Both the position numbers and the translations under genes were made by a program. From NCBI GenBank assembly GCA_965541585.1, contig CBEUCH010000001.1, positions 1 through 64,000 on the forward strand: DNA of 64,000 nucleotides. Direction: 5' to 3'. Each line of letters begins with the position of its first letter. The first letter of the stretch is position 1. Source of the stretch: an uncultured bacterium. Lineage in GTDB: Bacteria; Zixibacteria; MSB-5A5; UBA10806. Shown piece by piece: positions 56,716 through 64,000 of this stretch. The notes beneath the pieces were generated by a model, which made no database searches, had not been told where the DNA came from, and worked only from the letters and a program-made list of their open reading frames with translations.

Positions 56716-57927
56716 ATGGACTATTTGAAGCAGCCTCTTGGATTCAAGATAAAAAAGGTTCTCAGATACCTGAAGATGTATGGGGGCGGTAGAACCTACA
56801 TTAAGGTTTTGGGGCAATTGCATATGCGCAAGGAATACGAGTCGCTGGCGCCGTATATCGGCCGGATAGGAAAAAAGCAGACTGTGGGTTTGATTGGTTG
56901 CGGTAATTATGCTTTCTCGAATATAGCCTATTTCCTTAATAAGACGTTCGGAAAAGTACTTGCAGGCTGTATGGATATCAATGAAAACCGTGCGGCCTCG
57001 CTTGCGTCTCACTACGGAATACCTATCCACACGGGAGATTCCAACGAAATTATTCAGAACAAAAATATTTGTCTTATATATATAGCTTCGAACCACGCGT
57101 CTCATGCTGAATATGCTATTAAGGCTTTGAATCACGGAAAACATGTATATATAGAAAAACCCCATGTAGTATCTCTTGATCAGCTATTTAGATTATACAA
57201 TGCTATGAAATCATCCAAAGGCAAGATCTTTTTAGGGTTTAACCGGCCAAGGAGCCGTTTTGGCTCGTTGATTAGAAGATATCTTGGCGAGCAGAGCGGC
57301 CAAGGGATGTATAACTGGTTTATCGCCGGTCACGCAATCGACCCGGATCACTGGTATTTCAGTGAGGGTGAGGGTGGACGCGTTCTGGGCAATCTATGCC
57401 ACTGGATCGATTTTGTTTTCAGGATGGTCGCCGAAAATACCTATCCCCTTACAATCAACCCAACGCGTCACGTCAAGAGCGATTGCGATATCGTCGTCAC
57501 ATATGTCTTCGGAGAAGGCACGATTGCAAATATATCATTCTCTGCTAAGGGACACACATTCGAAGGCGTAAAAGAAAGTTTCAGGGCTCAAAAGGGAAAC
57601 GTGCTGATTACCATGGATGATTTCAAGCGGATGACGGTCGAGATCGCCGACGCAAAGAAACGCTACCACAATTTTTATCGCGATCACGGCCATAGGCATA
57701 ATATAGTATCCGCTTATAAGAACGTCCATTTCAACGAACAGTATTGCCGCGAAACGGAATATTCTCAAATCTTGAATTCGGCTTGGCTTTTTTTGAAGAC
57801 AAAAGAGGCTTTAGAAAAAAATGAACGTATAACTCTAAATTCCTTTGAGGAGTCGCTTGCCAATATGCCGGGAAACCGGGGTGAGAATATGATGGATAAT
57901 CAGAATTCCATTTTGCAGGAAATATGA
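56716..57927 (+). CDS. Gfo/Idh/MocA family oxidoreductase
   Basis: GLIGCGNY, HASHA, YIEKP, GFNR, GGRVLGNLCHWID. Confidence 0.85.
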   Translation: MDYLKQPLGFKIKKVLRYLKMYGGGRTYIKVLGQLHMRKEYESLAPYIGRIGKKQTVGLIGCGNYAFSNIAYFLNKTFGKVLAGCMDINENRAASLASHYGIPIHTGDSNEIIQNKNICLIYIASNHASHAEYAIKALNHGKHVYIEKPHVVSLDQLFRLYNAMKSSKGKIFLGFNRPRSRFGSLIRRYLGEQSGQGMYNWFIAGHAIDPDHWYFSEGEGGRVLGNLCHWIDFVFRMVAENTYPLTINPTRHVKSDCDIVVTYVFGEGTIANISFSAKGHTFEGVKESFRAQKGNVLITMDDFKRMTVEIADAKKRYHNFYRDHGHRHNIVSAYKNVHFNEQYCRETEYSQILNSAWLFLKTKEALEKNERITLNSFEESLANMPGNRGENMMDNQNSILQEI

Positions 57928-58053
57928 AATTGAGATTGACCAGGATATCAAAACGTCTTCACGGAATATTTCGAGGAAAAGAAAGGCAAGTTAGAGCAAT
58001 CTAGCTGGAGGAAAATAGCCGATAATAGCGCATAACGGGATGTAGAGGGGAAA

Positions 58054-60222
58054 ATGAAGCAGGTGTTACAATACAACCGCCAGCGGGCTCCCAGAGTCGA
58101 GGATATACCCTCGCCCGCTATGAAAGGCCCGGGTCTGATCGTTAGCAATAGATGTTCGCTGATATCCGTCGGAACGGAAAGACAGATAATTAAATTATCG
58201 CAGTTGTCGCTGGCGGGGAAGGCTCGCCAACGGCCTGATATGGTCAGGCAGGTTCTGGCAAAAGTGCGGACGGAGGGATTTGTCTCAACCTATTACAAAG
58301 TCAGGGGACGTCTGAAGACGCCGGTTCCACTGGGCTACAGCTCGGCGGGTACTATAGAAAAGGTGCACTCGTCGTTGGATAGATGGACTCCGGGGGAAAG
58401 GGTCGCCTGCGCGGGCTATGGTTATGCCTGTCACGCCGAGACGATATATGTGCCTACCAATCTGGCCGTAAAGATCCCGGACAATGTGACCTTTGAAGAG
58501 GCAAGTTTCGTCACCCTGGGGGCAATTGCCATGCAGGGTGTTCGGATAGCGGACGTTAGTTTAGGCGAAACCGTGGCTGTGATCGGATTGGGTCTCCTGG
58601 GGCAATTGACGTGCAGACTGTTGTCGGCCTCCGGATGCCGGGTCATCGGATTGGACATTGACGAAAATAAACTGGCCATTGCACAAAAAGAAGGAATCGA
58701 ATGGGCTCTGCCGGCCGACGATGCCTCCGTCGCAACGGTTTTAGATTTGACCTCCGGAAAAGGTGTTGACTCGGCCATTATCACCGCCGCCTCGGATTCC
58801 TCCGGTCCGGTGGAAACAGCCGGGCGAATTTGCCGGGATAAAGGAACAGTAGTAGCTGTCGGCTCGGTCGGGTTGAACGTGCCGCGGAAAATATTCTATG
58901 AGAAAGAGCTGGAACTTAAGCTTTCTCGTTCGTATGGGCCCGGGCGTTACGACTACAATTACGAGGAAGCCGGCAGGGATTATCCTTACGGCTATGTTCG
59001 CTGGACCGAAAACCGAAACATGGAATCGTTTCTCCAGCTGGTATCAACCGGCAGGGTAGATATCAAAAACCTGATTACCCATCGGTTTGATATAAGCCAG
59101 GCAGACAAGGCCTATAGCCTGATTTCGGGCCGGGATTCGGAAAGCTACTTAGGCGTGGTGTTGAATTATCCCGCGGAAAATCCCGAACGCCGAAACAGAT
59201 TGACCCTGCCAAAGAATAGCGCCATGAAATTGAGCCGATCATCGACGATCCCGATCGGTTTCGCGGGGGCGGGAGAGTTTGCCTCGGGTGTGCTGCTGCC
59301 TAATATCAAACGGATAGCGGCATACGATAACAAATTAATTATGTCCGGAGGCGGGGTTTCAGCCGCCACTGCCGCAAAGAGGTTCGGTTTTAAAGCGACG
59401 GTATCGAGCTTCGACGAGATTATAGGAAATCCGGAAATAGGGGCCGTCTTCATTGCAAACAGGCATCATCAGCATGCGGAAGCAGTGATAAAATCACTTC
59501 TTGCCGGCAAGCCCACGTATGTGGAAAAACCACTATGCTTGAATCGAGAGGAACTGGAGCAGATCAGGTCCGCTTACATGGCGACGGGGGCTCCATTGAT
59601 GGTCGGTTACAACCGCAGATTCGCACCTCTGATTAGAAAGATCAAGGAAAAGCTCAGGGGAACAGGCTACCCGGTTTCAATGCACTACAGGATCAACGCC
59701 GGATTCATTCCAACCGACAACTGGGTCCAGGATCCCGAATGCGGAGGCGGACGGATAATCGGCGAGATATGCCATTTCATCGATCTGCTCTCATATCTCT
59801 CAGGCGCCAGACCCGTGAAGGTTCATGCCGAGGCTCTATCCATGCCGAACGATCGATTTCGCTCCGACGATAACCTCCAGGTGATGATACGTTTTTCGGA
59901 TGGCTCGGTGGGCACCATAAATTATGTAGCGTCCGGGAATAAAAACGTTCCGAAAGAGTATCTGGAAATAATCGGCGGAAGCCTGGTTATCCAGTTAAAT
60001 GATTTCAAGATGCTGACGATCGCCGGTGATAAAGGATTACAGATGGATAAGAAACGGGGCCAGGATAAAGGTCATCGGAAAATGCTCGAACTCTGGAGCC
60101 ACTACCTGGCAGCCGACCTCGGATCTCCGATTCCTTTTGACAGCCTGATTGATACGTCCATAACAACATTCGAGATACTGGAATCATTATCGAGCGGGAA
60201 GCCAGTTTGGATAAACGGTTGA
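58054..60222 (+). CDS. Bi-domain oxidoreductase (MDR/Zn-dehydrogenase-like plus Gfo/Idh/MocA)
   Basis: ISVGTE, PLGYS, GLGLLG, SRSYGPGRYD..YE, RWTENRN; then GAG.F, VEKP, GYNRRF, GGRIIGEICHFID, DKGH. Confidence 0.9.
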   Translation: MKQVLQYNRQRAPRVEDIPSPAMKGPGLIVSNRCSLISVGTERQIIKLSQLSLAGKARQRPDMVRQVLAKVRTEGFVSTYYKVRGRLKTPVPLGYSSAGTIEKVHSSLDRWTPGERVACAGYGYACHAETIYVPTNLAVKIPDNVTFEEASFVTLGAIAMQGVRIADVSLGETVAVIGLGLLGQLTCRLLSASGCRVIGLDIDENKLAIAQKEGIEWALPADDASVATVLDLTSGKGVDSAIITAASDSSGPVETAGRICRDKGTVVAVGSVGLNVPRKIFYEKELELKLSRSYGPGRYDYNYEEAGRDYPYGYVRWTENRNMESFLQLVSTGRVDIKNLITHRFDISQADKAYSLISGRDSESYLGVVLNYPAENPERRNRLTLPKNSAMKLSRSSTIPIGFAGAGEFASGVLLPNIKRIAAYDNKLIMSGGGVSAATAAKRFGFKATVSSFDEIIGNPEIGAVFIANRHHQHAEAVIKSLLAGKPTYVEKPLCLNREELEQIRSAYMATGAPLMVGYNRRFAPLIRKIKEKLRGTGYPVSMHYRINAGFIPTDNWVQDPECGGGRIIGEICHFIDLLSYLSGARPVKVHAEALSMPNDRFRSDDNLQVMIRFSDGSVGTINYVASGNKNVPKEYLEIIGGSLVIQLNDFKMLTIAGDKGLQMDKKRGQDKGHRKMLELWSHYLAADLGSPIPFDSLIDTSITTFEILESLSSGKPVWING

Positions 60223-61547
60223 AAGTTCTCTATATATCTCACTATTTCCCCCCCGAGGTCAACGCACCCGCGGTTCGTGTCTCCGAGACGGCGGAACGCT
60301 GGGCGCAAAGGGGAGCGGATGTCACGGTTCTCACCTGTTTCCCCAACCATCCAAGCGGCATCATCCCGGAAGAATACCGGGGGTATAAACATCTCTTAGA
60401 GGTACGAAACAACGTACGGATTGTGAGAACCTATGTTTATGCGGCTCCAAACGCTGGTATTATCAGACGAATAATAAACTATTTTTCATTTATGTTATCA
60501 TCGATAATTCTCGGATTCCGGCAGGTGGGCGAACCCGATGTCATCATAGCAACATCGCCGCAGTTTTTCGTTGCCATTGCCGGTTATATTTTGAGCCGTC
60601 TTAAGCGATGCAAATTCATCTTTGAGGTCAGGGATATCTGGCCGGAGGAGATCGTTGCGGTGGGCGCCATGACGAACAGGATCGCCATAAGGACCTTAGA
60701 GGCGATCGAAGTCTTCCTGTATAAAAAAGCCGATCTCATAGTAGCCGTTGCACAGGGTACGATAGACCTGTTGGCAAAAAAAGGAATTTCCCAATCGAAA
60801 ATTGCTCTGGTGCCAAACGGCGTAAATATGAACCTCTTTCAGAGTGGTTCCGACGGGCTGTCGATCCGCAGAAAATTAAGAAAGCCGCATGATTTTCTTG
60901 TCGGGTATATCGGTACTCACGGGATGGCCCACAGGCTTGATATTGTCCTGGAAGCTGCGGAAATTCTACGGAATAACCGCGGCATCACTTTTCTTTTCGT
61001 TGGAGACGGCGCCGAGAAGAGCGAATTGATGCTGAGGGCTGAGAATCTGCAATTACCGAACGTAATATTCCATGATCAGGTCGAGAGGGCCGAAGTGCCG
61101 GATTATTACCGGGCCTGCGACGTTTGTCTTGTTCCCCTGCGGAAGGCGGATCTGTTCACAAAGAATATCCCCAGCAAGATCTATGAGATTATGGCCGCCG
61201 GCAAACCGATTATTATTTCTACCGAAGGGGAGTCAAGACGTTTAATCGAAAACGCCGGCGCCGGCCTGGCGGTCAGGCCGGAGGATGCCGGGGACCTGGC
61301 GGAAAAGATCATGATACTATTCAATGATCGGGAACTCTGCCGAAACTCAGGAAGAAACGGCTATTCATTTGCCCTGGCCAACTGTTCACGAAACAGACTG
61401 GCCGATCAATATCTCGAGATACTCCAGAAAGTTGTCAGCGGCAAGAGAGAGTTTTCACCGGCTAAACAGAAAAGCGTATCTACCGAAAATATAGATATAC
61501 CATATGAATACGCAGCGGAATCGGCGGAAACAGAAGCGGACGGGTAA
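60207..61547 (+). CDS. Glycosyltransferase family 4 (WbuB-like)
   Basis: HYFPPE, PNHPSG, ATSPQFF, EVRDIWPE, YIGTHG.AH, VGDGAE, PSKIYE.MA.GKP. Confidence 0.9.
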   Translation: MDKRLKVLYISHYFPPEVNAPAVRVSETAERWAQRGADVTVLTCFPNHPSGIIPEEYRGYKHLLEVRNNVRIVRTYVYAAPNAGIIRRIINYFSFMLSSIILGFRQVGEPDVIIATSPQFFVAIAGYILSRLKRCKFIFEVRDIWPEEIVAVGAMTNRIAIRTLEAIEVFLYKKADLIVAVAQGTIDLLAKKGISQSKIALVPNGVNMNLFQSGSDGLSIRRKLRKPHDFLVGYIGTHGMAHRLDIVLEAAEILRNNRGITFLFVGDGAEKSELMLRAENLQLPNVIFHDQVERAEVPDYYRACDVCLVPLRKADLFTKNIPSKIYEIMAAGKPIIISTEGESRRLIENAGAGLAVRPEDAGDLAEKIMILFNDRELCRNSGRNGYSFALANCSRNRLADQYLEILQKVVSGKREFSPAKQKSVSTENIDIPYEYAAESAETEADG

Positions 61548-61580
61548 ATAGCCCGTGATAGATCCGGTGAAGGGGAACAC

Positions 61581-62987
61581 ATGCTAAGGGAACGTATGCA
61601 CGTCTTGAAAAAACTCGTATTCGTTGCGGATTTATGTCTGGTTGCCCTCGGTTTCCAGCTCTCCGTAATAATAGACCATTTGCGAACCGGCACGAGCGTT
61701 AATATTTTTTCAAGCGATAACCTTATGTTACCGGCTATAATCATCTGGGGAGCCGTATTCTGGTTTTCACGTGATTGCTATAGCGTCCGGCTTAGAAAAA
61801 TCAAGGATATCCTGATAGCATCGTCAAGGGCGGCGCTGATTTCATCCGGCCTGTTTCTGGCGTTCATATTTGCGGCAGGTCATCTGGAGGAAAGCAGGTT
61901 CCGGATTATTCTGTTTGTCGCCCTGAGCGCCGCTTTCATCTGTGTATTTAGAATATTGATAACATTGCTACTCGAGTATTATCGCTCTCGAGGATACAAT
62001 TATCAGACGGTCCTGATGGTCGGCACTGGCGTTACTGCCAGAGGTTTTGTTGATAAGGTATTAGACAATTCTCAATTCGGCCTGAAGGTTTCAGGTTTTC
62101 TCGACTGGGAAAGGCGACCGCACCTCTGGCGCTACAGGGATATACCCTGCATCGGAGATCTACAGAGCCTGCCCGAGCTTCTGAAGAACAGGCAGATTGA
62201 CTGGGCGGTCTTCGCCGTGGGGAGGAAGTATCTGAGCAAGATTGAAAAATCAGTCGAGATCTGCGAACGGATGGGTGTGCAGATTGCCGTTCTGGCGGAT
62301 TTCTTCCCCATGAGGTTAGCCAAAAAAAGGGTCGATTCATTTTTCGATTCCCCGCTCGTATGCTATGACACGGCTCCGGAACAGGGCCTCCCCATCGTAG
62401 CCAAGAGCTTTCTGGATAGATTCCTGGCAGCGCTTGGATTGGTAATGGGAGCCCCGATATTGCTGGCCACGGCTGCTCTGGTAAAAATTACATCCAAAGG
62501 CCCGATCATTTTTGCTCAGGAAAGGTGTGGTTTAAACGGCCGGAAATTCAGGTTATATAAATTCCGGACTATGGTTCACAACGCCGATAACCTCAAGAGA
62601 GACCTGACGCAATTTAACGACGTGGATGGGGCGGCATTCAAGATGAAGAAGGACCCCCGGATCACACCGGTGGGAAGGTTATTACGAAGGGCATCAATCG
62701 ATGAGATACCGCAGCTATTCAATATCCTCAGGGGAGACATGTCACTTGTGGGGCCACGTCCACCACTGGCAGAGGAGGTCGCCAGGTACGATCTCTGGCA
62801 AAGAAGGAAACTCTCGATGAAACCAGGGTTGACCTGCCTCTGGCAGATTAACGGGCGTTCCGATATCTCTTTTGAAGAATGGATGAAGCTCGATCTGGAA
62901 TATATAGATAACTGGTCTTTATGGGAGGATGCAAAAATCCTGGCGCGGACCGTCCCGGTGGTTTTCAGGGGAACCGGCGCAAGGTAG
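61581..62987 (+). CDS. Polyprenyl-phosphate glycosylphosphotransferase (WcaJ/CpsE-like initiating sugar transferase)
   Basis: Four N-terminal TMs, Rossmann-like linker, KFRTM, DPRIT.VG, DEIPQLFN.LRGDMSLVGPRP, KPGLT..WQ, LDLEYIDNWS. Confidence 0.93.
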   Translation: MLRERMHVLKKLVFVADLCLVALGFQLSVIIDHLRTGTSVNIFSSDNLMLPAIIIWGAVFWFSRDCYSVRLRKIKDILIASSRAALISSGLFLAFIFAAGHLEESRFRIILFVALSAAFICVFRILITLLLEYYRSRGYNYQTVLMVGTGVTARGFVDKVLDNSQFGLKVSGFLDWERRPHLWRYRDIPCIGDLQSLPELLKNRQIDWAVFAVGRKYLSKIEKSVEICERMGVQIAVLADFFPMRLAKKRVDSFFDSPLVCYDTAPEQGLPIVAKSFLDRFLAALGLVMGAPILLATAALVKITSKGPIIFAQERCGLNGRKFRLYKFRTMVHNADNLKRDLTQFNDVDGAAFKMKKDPRITPVGRLLRRASIDEIPQLFNILRGDMSLVGPRPPLAEEVARYDLWQRRKLSMKPGLTCLWQINGRSDISFEEWMKLDLEYIDNWSLWEDAKILARTVPVVFRGTGAR

Positions 62988-63000
62988 AGAGGATCTGGAG

Positions 63001-64000
63001 ATGGCCAATATTCTGGTAGTGGAAGACGATTTTGCTGTTCAGAGCTGCATGGTTAGAGTTCTTGAGGCAGAGGGACATCGGATCTCCGCAGTCTCTGACG
63101 GGCTTGAAGCTTTAGGCAAGATCTATTCTCAGAGTTATGATCTTGCCATTCTGAGTGTCGTTCTTCCGCACGTTAGCGGCGCAGGACTTCTCGATGCGAT
63201 CAGAAAAAGAAGCCCTCGAACCATGGTAGTTATGGTATCCGGACAAGCGGATCGTGAATCCACAATCGAATCGCTGAGCAACGGGGCTTATGATTATATT
63301 AAGAAACCGTTGAAAGAAGGCGACCTTGAGAAAATCGTCCGCAATGCTCTCGAAGAGGGCCGCCTTATGAGGAATTCCGCTTATATCTACAAGGATAGCC
63401 GCAGGCAGGATAAATCCTCGATAAAGAGTGGAATCCGGTATGCGATATTCGATTCGTTACTGGCAGGATTTTCAATCTATCTGGCTTTCCTCGGCCAGAT
63501 CCAACTTTTCAGAGCGCTAGATCAGCCCTTACTCATGGGCCATAGCGAGTTTATACAAATGGCATTGGGCCTGACCTTTTGCTACGCGTTTTGGTTCGTA
63601 TTCCATCGTAATTACAGGGTAGATCTTCCTGGTTCCGGCCGGGAACTCGCGAGCCGGATCTGGAAAAATATAACAGGCGCCTATCTCTTGTTTGCTGCTC
63701 TGCTATTTCTCACAAGAAATATAAATTTCGCCGGCAGCAAGATAGCTGTCGGACTGGGATATATCCTGGGATTTCTGCTGATTCTGACCATCCGATTGAT
63801 CATAATTCCCGGTGCGATCACGAGATTTCAACGCGAGGGAAGGAAAGATATCATATTCGTTAGCTCCGGCAAACCAGCGGCTGGAGTAACTGAACAAGCC
63901 TTGCACCAGGACATGCCTGGAATTAGACACGGGCATATCGGGCGAGATCACACTGTAGGGAAAGGCATACCACCGAACGCCATAGTGATAACCAGCCGCG
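63001..64000 (+). CDS. Atypical receiver domain fused to a four-TM sugar-transferase-like membrane region; 3' truncated by window
   Basis: Own translation, open to the window end: MANILVVEDD..YDLAILSVVLP..VVMVSG..GAYDYIKKP, then four hydrophobic helices and KDIIFVSSG. Confidence 0.8.
   Translation, partial: MANILVVEDDFAVQSCMVRVLEAEGHRISAVSDGLEALGKIYSQSYDLAILSVVLPHVSGAGLLDAIRKRSPRTMVVMVSGQADRESTIESLSNGAYDYIKKPLKEGDLEKIVRNALEEGRLMRNSAYIYKDSRRQDKSSIKSGIRYAIFDSLLAGFSIYLAFLGQIQLFRALDQPLLMGHSEFIQMALGLTFCYAFWFVFHRNYRVDLPGSGRELASRIWKNITGAYLLFAALLFLTRNINFAGSKIAVGLGYILGFLLILTIRLIIIPGAITRFQREGRKDIIFVSSGKPAAGVTEQALHQDMPGIRHGHIGRDHTVGKGIPPNAIVITSR

Noticed and set aside
487..63951. Numerous short ORFs overlapping or antisense to the called genes
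   Set aside because: They have no recognisable motifs or RBS and are explained as shadow frames

Overview
This is a bacterial chromosome segment with no intact mobile element, CRISPR array or prophage. A cohesin/dockerin protein with a YPNPFN-type T9SS tail suggests an FCB-group organism, possibly Zixibacteria-like (inference only). From left to right the window contains: the end of a polysaccharide/acyl-CoA locus; a secreted beta-helix-cohesin-dockerin-cohesin protein; a molybdopterin oxidoreductase fused to a cysteine desulfurase; an SPFH/Zn-ribbon pair; ggt, nadA, an aminopeptidase, a fused 2-oxoacid dehydrogenase E1, GTAG-type REP-like repeats, pruA, lpoB-COG3014 and TetR; tRNA-Ala, a large Alu-containing SRP RNA and dnaX-ybaB-recR; a UbiA-DUF362-SMR operon; two micro-ORFs missed by the ORF track; M23, CDF, HtrA, rlmD, yhaO/yhaN-like and HIT genes; and a large surface-polysaccharide cluster running off the right end. 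The most striking signal is a LeuC/LeuD (aconitase-family) pair. It keeps the three [4Fe-4S] cysteines, has lost the catalytic and substrate residues, and has gained two tandem N-terminal helix-turn-helix repeats, making it a candidate Fe-S-sensing transcription regulator. It lies among several other full-length pseudo-enzymes between 40.7 and 64 kb: a Mre11-like nuclease without its metal ligands, a HisC without the PLP lysine, a degenerate CapK, and an Asp-less receiver fused to a sugar-transferase membrane domain. All calls come from reading motifs by eye; no searches were run.
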